Assembly: GCA_021791275.1 (NCBI GenBank)
Contig: JAJYWX010000029.1
Span: 14,074 to 78,073, forward strand
Source: a bacterium
GTDB taxonomy: Bacteria > Patescibacteriota > Dojkabacteria > JAKAPS01 > JAJZLI01
Length of the DNA stretch: 64,000 nucleotides
Reading direction: 5' to 3'
Shown: one piece after another, positions 1-9,281 of the stretch
Layout of the letters: every line of letters begins with the position of its first letter
How positions within the stretch are numbered: the stretch's first letter is position 1
Translations under genes and position numbers: made by a program
Notes under the pieces: generated by a model
Database searches by the model: none
What the model saw: only the letters and a program-made list of their open reading frames with translations
Told to the model about the DNA's origin: nothing

Positions 1-171
1 TTTCCTATATTTCAGGAAATTACTGGTAAAATTTTCCTATTTAATGAATTTGGTACATATTCAAGCAATAGTGATACTACATTTTATTTGATTTATCAAA
101 ATTATTATATTCCAATAACTTTTGATCAAGCAACAAATTCATTTACAGAAGGGAGTATTAATAATGTTTAA
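1..171 (+). CDS. 3' end of an upstream gene, probably another pilin-like protein (partial)
   Basis: Frame 1 is open from base 1 to TAA at 169-171 (...FQEITGKIFLFNEFG...TEGSINNV*) and overlaps the next ATG at 164; product inferred from context only. Confidence 0.55.
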   Translation, partial: FPIFQEITGKIFLFNEFGTYSSNSDTTFYLIYQNYYIPITFDQATNSFTEGSINNV

Positions 172-766
172 TAAAAAAGGCTTTACACTAATAGAGATTC
201 TTATTTCCATAGTATTTTTGGGATTTCTTTTAATTGCTGTATTAGAAGCGGAAGCTTCATCTATACACCAGAATTATTCTACGGTATATAATCTTTATTC
301 AAGGCAAATATTATCTTATGAATTATCATATATGCATTCATGGGCTAATGAAGGGAATGTAAATTGGAGCTCTTCATCTTCGCAAATAGTATCTTGTGCA
401 AATTTTGGACAAGATACCCATACAGTATATTCTCAAACTACTTATAATTGTTTATCCTCAACAAAGATTAATTCAATTTTAAATACAAATACTAGTAATA
501 CTGTACCAATACCCAGTAATATTGGTATCTTTTTATATATTACTAACAGCAGTTCTTGCCAAGTGAATGTTTATGCTTATGTATTATGGACATTCCAAGC
601 ATCTGGAGGAGTAGATTTATCTTTATCTCAAGAAAATCCTCCAGTATATAATTTAATTAAAAATGAATTATCGGTTGTACATGATAACTCTGATATATCC
701 ACTCTAAACTCTTATAACAATGAGATATTTGGAGGAGAGCAATTAACAAAATTAAATTGTAGTTAA
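164..766 (+). CDS. Type IV pilin-like protein (PilV-like minor pilin)
   Basis: Class III signal MFNKKG|FTLIE plus hydrophobic helix; ATG 164 preferred over TTG 122; 4 Cys. Confidence 0.85.
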   Translation: MFNKKGFTLIEILISIVFLGFLLIAVLEAEASSIHQNYSTVYNLYSRQILSYELSYMHSWANEGNVNWSSSSSQIVSCANFGQDTHTVYSQTTYNCLSSTKINSILNTNTSNTVPIPSNIGIFLYITNSSSCQVNVYAYVLWTFQASGGVDLSLSQENPPVYNLIKNELSVVHDNSDISTLNSYNNEIFGGEQLTKLNCS

Positions 767-773
767 TTAATAT

Positions 774-1421
774 ATGAATATTTTAGAAGTATTAAAATTA
801 AAAAATAGAGGGTTTTCATTAGTGGAAACATTAATAACCATTCTTATATTTTCATTCATAGCACTATTAATTATGCAGTCATTTTCAAATACAGTGTCGT
901 ATGTTAATAATATTGATAATCAAATTAAAATTCAGAATGAAGCCAATTACAGTATGGTCTACATTAAAAGGCTTATACGGGAATCTGCATATACTAGTTT
1001 AAATTATCCCATTTCCTCTAATAGTAGTAAAATAAACCAATGTAATTATATTGGGCAAGTATCGGGGACAACCTGTACAAAAAATCCTTCCTTTAAGTTG
1101 TATTCTGCATCTGGTGATGTAATTGGGTGTATTAAAATAAACAATAATATTTTAGAAGATTTTAATGGAACATGTTCTAGTGGATCGAGTAGTTTAAACC
1201 TTAACTCTAAGAGTGTAATTGTAGAAAATGTTATATTTTATTATGATAATTATAATTTTTCAGGTGCAAGTAAAACTGCTCATGTATATATTTTGCCATA
1301 TGTCACTGTAGTTATAAATGCATGTAGTTCTACTCCCGACTATGAATATGGTTTTATCCCTACTACTCCATGTTCTCAGCTTATATCAACTGCAACTAAT
1401 GAAAATTACATATATAGTTGA
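774..1421 (+). CDS. Type IV pilin-like protein (PilW-like minor pilin)
   Basis: RG|FSLVE prepilin motif, hydrophobic helix, 6 Cys. Confidence 0.85.
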   Translation: MNILEVLKLKNRGFSLVETLITILIFSFIALLIMQSFSNTVSYVNNIDNQIKIQNEANYSMVYIKRLIRESAYTSLNYPISSNSSKINQCNYIGQVSGTTCTKNPSFKLYSASGDVIGCIKINNNILEDFNGTCSSGSSSLNLNSKSVIVENVIFYYDNYNFSGASKTAHVYILPYVTVVINACSSTPDYEYGFIPTTPCSQLISTATNENYIYS

Positions 1422-1454
1422 ATTTTGTCTCTATATTATATATATTAAACATAT

Positions 1455-2447
1455 ATGAAATTGTTTATTTTTAAAAATAGATATAGAGGAATAAATATTT
1501 TTCTCTCATTTCTTGCCTTTATATTTACATTTTTTTTAATCTCAAGGATTTCTGTATATGCATCAGATATTATTAGCCCACTACCAGGATATAAGAGTAA
1601 TACTCCATTTTATTATGAACAACATTCAAGTCCCGTTACAGAAAGCTATGAGTGCTTTACATTGTCCGGAGCTACGGGGAATGTAACAATAACATCATCT
1701 ACGTCTACGTCTCCTTATAATTGGTTATTAATTTCTCAAGCTACGCAGGGTTCTACAGGTAAGCAAAGTCAAATTTTAGGTAGTAATTTTCCTACAGGTT
1801 ATTCTTTCTGTGCTGTTTTAAATAAAAATATTAGCTCTAATATACCGAGTGGTACATATACTGGAACAATCTCAGGGGGGGGAGCTTCTATTACACTTAG
1901 TTTAATTGTATATTCTTCTTGGGTGCAAGTTAATAATGGAGGGAATACATATTCAAAGGGAGGCTATAATTTGGATAATCAATCATCATTTAGCAACGGC
2001 TTTGTCTTTTCTGGTAATAGCAATTCTCAATTTTTGAAGCCTCCTACTAATATTGGTAATAATATAGCTTTTATGCTAGATAATCCAATAATTTATAATT
2101 TTAATTTTTTTACAACATTATTCTGTACTAATATTCCTAATGGATGTAACAGCGGAAATAATCTATATAATGATGGGTCAATACAATTGAGTTCAATATC
2201 TAACACTAAACCAATTTCTTGTGGTAATTATATAAATTGGTATTATTATAACTCAGATGTTTCTCAGTTCCCCAGTAATATATGTAACAATAGCATAGTT
2301 TTAGTTAATGGATACGTAAATATATCTAATAATATAAACCAAAGTAACGTATTAATTATTGCTAATGGGAATATTGTTGTAGATTCTGGTGTAAATAACT
2401 TAAATGCATTCTTGATGTCTATGAATCAGATTGTTATACTGAACTAG
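1455..2447 (+). CDS. Secreted Ser/Asn/Thr-rich protein, putative pilus-associated adhesin
   Basis: N-terminal signal peptide (..VYA|SD), Cys pairs, C-terminal beta-repeat segments (IVLVNG, IIANGNI), located in pilin cluster. Confidence 0.55.
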   Translation: MKLFIFKNRYRGINIFLSFLAFIFTFFLISRISVYASDIISPLPGYKSNTPFYYEQHSSPVTESYECFTLSGATGNVTITSSTSTSPYNWLLISQATQGSTGKQSQILGSNFPTGYSFCAVLNKNISSNIPSGTYTGTISGGGASITLSLIVYSSWVQVNNGGNTYSKGGYNLDNQSSFSNGFVFSGNSNSQFLKPPTNIGNNIAFMLDNPIIYNFNFFTTLFCTNIPNGCNSGNNLYNDGSIQLSSISNTKPISCGNYINWYYYNSDVSQFPSNICNNSIVLVNGYVNISNNINQSNVLIIANGNIVVDSGVNNLNAFLMSMNQIVILN

Positions 2448-2450
2448 TAT

Positions 2451-2849
2451 ATGGATATGGATAAGAATAAAAAGAAAATATTAATAATTGAAGACGAGGA
2501 AGCATTAGTAGATCTATATAAAGAAATATTAGAAGATGCTGGGTATGATGTTAAGTTTTCATATAGCGGGGATGAGGGTGCAGAAATGGCATCAAAGGAA
2601 AGGTTTGATTTAATTTTATTAGATCTTATGTTGCCTACAGGGTCAATGAATGGTACATATGTTTTATCCCTGATTAAAGGGGATAAAGATAAATATGGAG
2701 ATCCTATTGTTGTTGTTTTAACAAATCTTACTAGCGAAGTTGTAATAAAGGATGTAATGGACCAGAAAGCGGATGGATTTCTAATGAAAACTGAACTTAC
2801 TCCAGAACAAATAGTGAAAGAAGTTCAGAATTATTTATCTAATAAGTGA
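2451..2849 (+). CDS. Single-domain response regulator receiver
   Basis: ILIIEDE, LILLDLMLP (phosphoacceptor Asp), VLTN, FLMK motifs; no output domain. Confidence 0.9.
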   Translation: MDMDKNKKKILIIEDEEALVDLYKEILEDAGYDVKFSYSGDEGAEMASKERFDLILLDLMLPTGSMNGTYVLSLIKGDKDKYGDPIVVVLTNLTSEVVIKDVMDQKADGFLMKTELTPEQIVKEVQNYLSNK

Positions 2850-2853
2850 AAAA

Positions 2854-3900
2854 ATGTTTTCTAAAAAAAATGATGCCTCCAATTTTTTTGCAGTAGACTT
2901 CGGGTCAAGTAGTATAAAGGTTGTTAAACTTAAGAATACCGAAAGAAATCCGTCTGTCGTATCTTTTGGATCTGTAAAAATGCCTACAGGGGCATACAGT
3001 AGTGAAAGTGAAAAACATAAAAAAGAAATATCAGAAGCATTGAAATCATTAGTAAAAGATTTGAATATCAATACTTCTAATGTTGCAACATCACTTCCGG
3101 ATGCATCTATATTTACTAGAATAGTAAAAATACCAGCAAAAAAAGAAAGTGACTTGGAAGAAGCTGTCTTTTGGGCTTCAAAGAGGAATGTTCCAATATC
3201 TTTAGAAGATGTCCAAATAGATTGGTCTATAGTGAATTCTAAACAAACTGAAGATGGTATGACACAATATGATATTTTGTTAGTTGCAGCACCTAAATTA
3301 TTAATAAACCGATATGTAGATATATTAAAAAATGCCAATCTTAACCCCGTCTTCATTGAAACAGAATCCCTGTCTTTAGTTAGAGCACTTTCATCAATTA
3401 ATGATGCAACACCTTCACTAATTTTAGATTTTGGTTACTCTACAATAGAGGCAGTAATAGCTTATAAGAATATGTTACTTTTTAATCAAACTATATCTAC
3501 GGGATCTTCTCTTATAACTAAAGCTATTTCTCAAGAATTTAATCTAGAGGAAGTTCAGGCTGAAGAATATAAGAAAAATTATGGTCTTGATTCTACTCAA
3601 CTAGAAGGTAAAATATTTAGAACAATAACTCCAATTATGGATTCAATTGTTAATGAAGTTAAGAGAATATTAAATTCATATAAATCAACAGAGGTGGGTG
3701 AATCTCCAAGTAAAATTATCTTAGTTGGAAATGGATCTATGTTGCCTGGTTTAGTTTTATATTTAGCTCAAAATCTAAGTATAGAAGTAGAGGTGGGTAA
3801 TCCCTATTCTAAAATATATATTGATCCAAACTTAAAGGCAAAACTTCCAGCACTTTTGCCAGGATATGCAGTCGCAACAGGATTAGCTTTGAAAGTATGA
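2854..3900 (+). CDS. pilM: Type IV pilus assembly protein PilM
   Basis: VDFGSSSIKVV, LDFGYST, LVGNGS and AVATGLALK actin-like motifs. Confidence 0.92.
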   Translation: MFSKKNDASNFFAVDFGSSSIKVVKLKNTERNPSVVSFGSVKMPTGAYSSESEKHKKEISEALKSLVKDLNINTSNVATSLPDASIFTRIVKIPAKKESDLEEAVFWASKRNVPISLEDVQIDWSIVNSKQTEDGMTQYDILLVAAPKLLINRYVDILKNANLNPVFIETESLSLVRALSSINDATPSLILDFGYSTIEAVIAYKNMLLFNQTISTGSSLITKAISQEFNLEEVQAEEYKKNYGLDSTQLEGKIFRTITPIMDSIVNEVKRILNSYKSTEVGESPSKIILVGNGSMLPGLVLYLAQNLSIEVEVGNPYSKIYIDPNLKAKLPALLPGYAVATGLALKV

Positions 3901-4454
3901 AAAATAATATAAACCTTTTACCTAAAAAAACTAAAGAAGAAGTTAAAGGGGAAAAATTAGCATTCAAATTAGACTTTATAAGTGCTGTTGTACTTATAAT
4001 TGTTGAAGTGTTCTCATTTTCTTATCTTCTCTACTCCGAAGGTCTGAATACGAAAGTTGTTTCTGCTCAAACTGAATATCATAAAAATTTATCTAATTTA
4101 AAGAAGTTTACTGGCACAGAAAATCTAATAAATAATATAAACCAAAGATATGCAGATGTACTTTTATTAAAAAGATCCTTTATAAATCCACTAGATATAG
4201 TTAGTGCATTAAATAAACAGATACCTCCAAATACATCTATATATGATATGAATTATACATATGGAGGGCAAGTTAGTTTTAGCTGCTCAACTCAATCAGT
4301 TTTGGATGCAGCACATTTTATATACATATTTTCAAACTATAATCCAAATAATAAGTATTTTTCAAATACTCAAATTAGTGGATTGAATATAATTAATTCA
4401 GGATCAAATGAATCAGTAACATTTTCTGTCACAACATATTATGATGGACCATAA
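3897..4454 (+). CDS. pilN: PilN-like pilus assembly protein
   Basis: N-terminal INLLP motif, TM helix, follows pilM with ATGA overlap. Confidence 0.8.
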   Translation: MKNNINLLPKKTKEEVKGEKLAFKLDFISAVVLIIVEVFSFSYLLYSEGLNTKVVSAQTEYHKNLSNLKKFTGTENLINNINQRYADVLLLKRSFINPLDIVSALNKQIPPNTSIYDMNYTYGGQVSFSCSTQSVLDAAHFIYIFSNYNPNNKYFSNTQISGLNIINSGSNESVTFSVTTYYDGP

Positions 4455-5142
4455 CGATAAGAAGAAATTAAAAAAGAATAAGGATTTAAAAAATACTATA
4501 CTTATATATATAGTTCCAGCTTTTGTTGCGATTATAGTTATACTATCATTTATTTTTATAATATATCCTACATATAACAATATAAATACATATAATAATG
4601 AAATAGTCTCATATAATAGTAAAAATCTAACGCTAAATAATGAGATAGATTCCTTAAAGTATTATGCTTCTAAGAAAGAATCCCAAGTATTGTCAGGTTA
4701 TTTATCCCAATTAAACCAAGTTATACCCAATAATCTACAGTTTGCTCTTACTTCTGGTGAAATACAAAATATAGGTACAAACTCAGGGCTTTCATTCCAA
4801 AATTTATCTACACAGGAAATCCCTAAATCATTTAATCAGCAAAATATTTCTGTTAAAGGATTATCTCCAAATATAAATTCAGAGGTTGTATTCTCAAGTT
4901 TTAATGGTAGTTTTTCTCAAGTCCAAAATTATATAAATTCTTTGTATTCTAAAAAAATATTATTTGTTGTTTCAGAATTTGGTTATAGTGGTAACCTTAT
5001 TGGGAATTATTCATCGGTTAATGGGAATTCTTTAAATATAAATGTTACATTCTTTTCTGGGCCTGACAGCAACAATAATTCTTATGTCTCTAATATCAAT
5101 AATTTGGCTAGATTAAAAAAGTATTTATCAAATCTTAAGTAA
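4441..5142 (+). CDS. pilO: PilO-like pilus assembly protein
   Basis: TM helix, coiled coil, IP..., GSFSQVQNYI segment, position after pilN. Confidence 0.7.
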   Translation: MMDHNDKKKLKKNKDLKNTILIYIVPAFVAIIVILSFIFIIYPTYNNINTYNNEIVSYNSKNLTLNNEIDSLKYYASKKESQVLSGYLSQLNQVIPNNLQFALTSGEIQNIGTNSGLSFQNLSTQEIPKSFNQQNISVKGLSPNINSEVVFSSFNGSFSQVQNYINSLYSKKILFVVSEFGYSGNLIGNYSSVNGNSLNINVTFFSGPDSNNNSYVSNINNLARLKKYLSNLK

Positions 5143-5349
5143 TTTTTTTACTGTGTCAGTTGGTTGTGCTCCATTTTGGATCCATTTTGAAAGTTTTTCT
5201 TTATCTATAGATAAATTTTTGGAAAAAGGTGAATAGTTCCCTATCTTCTCAATATATTTACCATCTCTCTTTGATGTAGACTCAGCAACAACTATTCTAT
5301 AGCTGGCTTGATCTTTTTTCCCTGTTCTTGTTAATTTAATCTTTATCAT
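5128..5349 (-). CDS. rpsP: 30S ribosomal protein S16
   Basis: IKLTRTGKK, YRIVVA, RDGKYIEKIG, GAQPTDTV. Confidence 0.97.
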   Translation of the reverse strand: MIKIKLTRTGKKDQASYRIVVAESTSKRDGKYIEKIGNYSPFSKNLSIDKEKLSKWIQNGAQPTDTVKKLLKI

Positions 5350-6010
5350 ATAATTGTTTTATTATTTCTTTTGCAGCATTCTCTTCTGCTTCTTGCTTGC
5401 TTTTTCCTGTTCCAGTAGATACAGGCTTTTTATTTATTAGAAGCTCTACTGTAAATACTTTATCATGCGCAGGACCCTCTTCTTTTACTACTCTATATTT
5501 AGGAGTAGATTTATATTTTGATTGAGATATTTCTTGCAATTGAGATTTATTATTAATATATAATTTATCCCTTATAATCTCATCTAGTATATAGTAAAGG
5601 TTAGTATACAGGAATTTATCTGTATATTCAAGACCTTTTTCTAGATATATTGCCCCAACTAAAGCCTCAAATGCATCCTCTAATATATTTACTCTATCTC
5701 TTCCTCCAGAATCCTCCTCTCCTTTACTCATTTTCAAATATTCCCCTAATCCCAAGTTCATACTAACTTTAGCTAATGTATCTGTTTTTACTAATGCAGA
5801 TCTATAGCTTGTTAACATTCCCTCTTTCTCATTTGGAAATTTATTATATATATATCTGGATACCAATAGCTCAATTACTGCATCACCTAGAAACTCTAAT
5901 CTTTCATTATTTGTTCCATTAAAAGATCTATGAGTTAAAGCAGTTTCTATGATTTCTGTATTACTTATTTCTAAATTTAATTTTGATATTAAATCGTTAA
6001 TATTATTCAT
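5336..6010 (-). CDS. rnc: Ribonuclease III
   Basis: NERLEFLGDAV signature, DAFEALVGAIY, C-terminal dsRBD. Confidence 0.97.
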   Translation of the reverse strand: MNNINDLISKLNLEISNTEIIETALTHRSFNGTNNERLEFLGDAVIELLVSRYIYNKFPNEKEGMLTSYRSALVKTDTLAKVSMNLGLGEYLKMSKGEEDSGGRDRVNILEDAFEALVGAIYLEKGLEYTDKFLYTNLYYILDEIIRDKLYINNKSQLQEISQSKYKSTPKYRVVKEEGPAHDKVFTVELLINKKPVSTGTGKSKQEAEENAAKEIIKQLYDKD

Positions 6011-6417
6011 TATTCTTTCATTAAATTACCTAATACACCACTAACAAATTTACTACTAGAAGTATCTCCAAATTCTTTAGCAATTTCGATTGCCTCGTCA
6101 ATTGCTACTTTTGGAGGTGTTACATTTTTTATAAATCCTTCGCAAACTGCAATTTTTAGTATTTGAAAATCCAATGTATTAATTTTTTCTTTTGGTCTAT
6201 CTAAGCTGGCTTTTTTAATTATACTTTCTATTTTCTTATTATTTTCTTTTATACCATTTAATATCTCATCTAATAATTCTTTGTTATAATTGAGATTCTC
6301 ATCAATATTGGATATTTCTTCATTAGAAAATATGTTTGTTTTCTGAAAGGTACTGTTAAATAATTTTTGTAATGCTATTATTCTTGATAAATGTCTTGGA
6401 TCTTCTCTAGACTTCAT
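6010..6417 (-). CDS. nusB: Transcription antitermination factor NusB
   Basis: PPKVAIDEAIEIAKEFG..SSKFVSGVLG. Confidence 0.92.
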   Translation of the reverse strand: MKSREDPRHLSRIIALQKLFNSTFQKTNIFSNEEISNIDENLNYNKELLDEILNGIKENNKKIESIIKKASLDRPKEKINTLDFQILKIAVCEGFIKNVTPPKVAIDEAIEIAKEFGDTSSSKFVSGVLGNLMKE

Positions 6418-6419
6418 TA

Positions 6420-6596
6420 TTATATAGGAAGGATTACTTTACCTCTATACTTTCCACATTTTGTACAAGCATTATGAGGTAATATTTTCTCTTTACAATT
6501 TGGACAAGTAGTAAGACTTGGAAGATCTATACTATGATGAGATCTTCTATTATTCTTTCTTGAATGAGATATTCTTCTTTTAGGTGTTGCTGCCAT
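6420..6596 (-). CDS. rpmF: 50S ribosomal protein L32, zinc-binding form (58 aa, absent from ORF track)
   Basis: Manual translation MAATPKRRISHSRKNNRRSH...CPNC...PHNACTKCGKYRGK. Confidence 0.95.
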   Translation of the reverse strand: MAATPKRRISHSRKNNRRSHHSIDLPSLTTCPNCKEKILPHNACTKCGKYRGKVILPI

Positions 6597-6605
6597 ATCA
6601 CCAAG

Positions 6606-6635
6606 ATTATATTATTAATATGGCCTAAATGTCAA
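6606..6635 (-). promoter_or_regulatory. Consensus sigma70 promoter of rpmF-nusB-rnc-rpsP
   Basis: TTGACA-18 bp-TATAAT, ending 9 nt before the rpmF ATG. Confidence 0.8.
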
Positions 6636-6639
6636 TTTA

Positions 6640-7179
6640 TTACATTTTTCTATATATTGTTATTCCAGTTTTTCCGAAATCTTTTGTTTTTATTATCTCT
6701 AGAGAATTTATTTTTTGAACATCTCTTTTACTTTCACGTTCAAATACTATAATCCCATTATTTTTTAATAAATGTATTGATTTTTTTATTATATCTTCAG
6801 ATGTTATATCATAAGGTTGAAAAATTAATATGATATTATAAATTTGATCGATTTTTTTATTATATCTTAAAAATATTTCAGCTGGAATATTAAATACTTC
6901 AGCTTGTTGATCGAGTTGAGTTTTTAGCAAATTTTCTCTTATAACATCAGATGCACTTTTATCTATCTCTACAAAATCTACTTTCCTGGCTCCCATTGAT
7001 AAAGCTTCTATTCCAAGTGCACCAGAACCTGCATATAAATCTAATATATTTGAATCTGGAATATTTTCTTTAATAGAAGAAAAAAGTGCTGCTTTTACTA
7101 TTCCAGATAAAGGTTTAGTACCTTTAGGCACCTTTAATTTCATTTTCTTTAATTTTCCTGATATTACTCTTAATTCCAT
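6640..7179 (-). CDS. rsmD: RsmD-family 16S rRNA m2G966 methyltransferase (divergent motif IV)
   Basis: LRVISG, LDLYAGSGALGIEALSMGA; FQPY instead of DPPY; follows recG. Confidence 0.85.
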   Translation of the reverse strand: MELRVISGKLKKMKLKVPKGTKPLSGIVKAALFSSIKENIPDSNILDLYAGSGALGIEALSMGARKVDFVEIDKSASDVIRENLLKTQLDQQAEVFNIPAEIFLRYNKKIDQIYNIILIFQPYDITSEDIIKKSIHLLKNNGIIVFERESKRDVQKINSLEIIKTKDFGKTGITIYRKM

Positions 7180-7182
7180 GTT

Positions 7183-9165
7183 TTAATTTATTGTTAATAT
7201 TCTATCTTGTGCTTCCCTTGTTTTTTCTTTAAGTTTTGGGTATCTATCTAAGATTTCTATTATATCTACTACAGCATCTCTTGTCATTTTGATAAGTGAA
7301 GCATCTAGTAAAGATGCCATTTTTAAATCAGGATTTCCTGATTGATTTTTACCATAAATCTCCCCTGGACCTCTCATTTTAAGATCAAATTCTGCTAATT
7401 CTAATCCATTATTATTTTTTGAAAAGAATTCTAATCTTTCGTTATGACTAGCTGATGTAAATAAAAAACAATAGGATTGTTTATCAGATCTTCCTACTCT
7501 ACCCCTTAATTGGTGTAGCTGGGCTAATCCAAACCTTTCTGCATCCTCGATTACTATTATTGTTGCATTCTTAATATCTATACCAACCTCAATAATTGGT
7601 GTAGAAACCAATATATCGTATTTTTTATTCTTGAAATTATCTAATATTTCATCTTTATTCTTACTTTTACCACTTATTAAGGCTAATCTTTCTTCTGTAA
7701 AAATATTTTCTTTTAAATTTTTATATTCACTTTCTACATTTTTAAGTTGTAATTTCTCAGATTCTGCTATTAATGGACATAATATAAAAGCTTGCTCTCC
7801 TTCTTTTATTCTATCTTTTATAAATTTATACGAATCATTTCTTTTTTCATTTGGTACTATATATGTTTTTACTTTTATCCTCCCTTTTGGCATATCATCT
7901 AATCTTGATATATCTAAATCCCCATATATCCCTAATGCAAGAGTTCGAGGTATTGGTGTTGCTGTCATAGTTAAAATATGAGGATAATAACCTTTTTGTA
8001 TCAACATATCTCTTTGTCTTACACCAAATCTATGTTGCTCATCAATTATAACTAATCCTAAATTTTTGAAAATATCTTTATTTGATAGAAGTGCATGTGT
8101 ACCAATAAATATTGATGCACTTCTATCAATTCTTTTTGTTTTTGCTGTAATTAATTGTATGCGAATATCTTTTAAAACTGATTTTGCTGTTTCATAATGT
8201 TGTTTTGCCAATACAGATGTTGGAACCATTATTGCACTTTGCAATTTATTAAGATGCATCATATACACAGTGATAAGTGCAACAATAGTTTTCCCAGATC
8301 CGACATCCCCTTCTAAAAGCCTATTCATAGGTATGTTTTTATTTATATCTTTTATTATTTCATTGATACTTCTCACCTGTGATGGTGTTAATTTAAAATC
8401 AAGTGAATCTACAAATTCACTTATCTTTTTTTCATCTATTATAACTCTATATGATAATTTTTTCTTTCTCTCTTGCTTTTTAAGATAAGATAATATTTGA
8501 ATATAAAGTATCTCTTCAAATCCTAATCTTTTTTTTGCCTTCTCTATATCTTCAAAGGTTTTAGGGAAGTGTAGTTTTCTTAGTGCTTCATTTATATCTA
8601 ATAAATCATATTTAGATTTTATTTCTTCTGGAATATAATCTTCTATATTTATGTTATCTAATATATTCTTTATTCTAGATCGTAGCCATTTTGATGTTAT
8701 CCCCTTTGTTTGAGAATATATTGGGGTAATCCTGGAAAAATGTATATTCTCCTTTCCTTCTTTAACTATTTCATATTGTGGTGACTTAAATATTATAGAA
8801 TTTTTCTCAAAATAAGCAATTCCTCCTAGTATTATGGTATCCCCCTCTTTTATGGATTTAGTTATATATGGCTGATTAAACCAAATTATATTACATTCTC
8901 CAGTATCGTCATTTATTTTTGCATTAATAATATTTTTCCTATTTCTTGTATAAATGCTTTTTATATAAACTACTTCTCCTTTTATAAAATTTTTTTCACC
9001 TATTACTATATCTTCTATATTTGTAACATTTCTTGAATCTTCGTATTTTATTGGATAATAATAAATTAAATCTTTAAGGGTATAAATTTCTAATTTATTT
9101 AGAAGAGTTGCATATTTACTTCCTATATAGTAAGCATTTAATACATTTGTTTCTAAATCAAGCAT
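7183..9165 (-). CDS. recG: ATP-dependent DNA helicase RecG
   Basis: GDVGSGKT, DEQHRFG, MTATPIPRTL, QLHQLRGRVGR. Confidence 0.97.
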   Translation of the reverse strand: MLDLETNVLNAYYIGSKYATLLNKLEIYTLKDLIYYYPIKYEDSRNVTNIEDIVIGEKNFIKGEVVYIKSIYTRNRKNIINAKINDDTGECNIIWFNQPYITKSIKEGDTIILGGIAYFEKNSIIFKSPQYEIVKEGKENIHFSRITPIYSQTKGITSKWLRSRIKNILDNINIEDYIPEEIKSKYDLLDINEALRKLHFPKTFEDIEKAKKRLGFEEILYIQILSYLKKQERKKKLSYRVIIDEKKISEFVDSLDFKLTPSQVRSINEIIKDINKNIPMNRLLEGDVGSGKTIVALITVYMMHLNKLQSAIMVPTSVLAKQHYETAKSVLKDIRIQLITAKTKRIDRSASIFIGTHALLSNKDIFKNLGLVIIDEQHRFGVRQRDMLIQKGYYPHILTMTATPIPRTLALGIYGDLDISRLDDMPKGRIKVKTYIVPNEKRNDSYKFIKDRIKEGEQAFILCPLIAESEKLQLKNVESEYKNLKENIFTEERLALISGKSKNKDEILDNFKNKKYDILVSTPIIEVGIDIKNATIIVIEDAERFGLAQLHQLRGRVGRSDKQSYCFLFTSASHNERLEFFSKNNNGLELAEFDLKMRGPGEIYGKNQSGNPDLKMASLLDASLIKMTRDAVVDIIEILDRYPKLKEKTREAQDRILTIN

Positions 9166-9281
9166 TATCTATTGAAAATGGCTAATAGACTTGATAGCAA
9201 TAACCCAATTATCGTAGCAAGCATTATAACTATAAATATAATATCCCCATATTTTTTAAACATTTTCTTTTTTCTACTCAT
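9165..9281 (-). CDS. 38-aa single-TM membrane peptide (DUF4044/Prli42-like architecture), absent from ORF track
   Basis: MSRKKKMFKKYGDIIFIVIMLATIIGLLLSSLLAIFNR*; ATG overlaps the tyrS 3' end and TAA overlaps the recG ATG (TAATG). Confidence 0.75.
   Translation of the reverse strand: MSRKKKMFKKYGDIIFIVIMLATIIGLLLSSLLAIFNR

Noticed and set aside
2835-3356. 173-aa minus ORF and similar antisense ORFs (7631, 9587, 30235, 38083, 56199 etc.)
   Set aside because: Lie opposite well-conserved genes, with no motifs or expression signals
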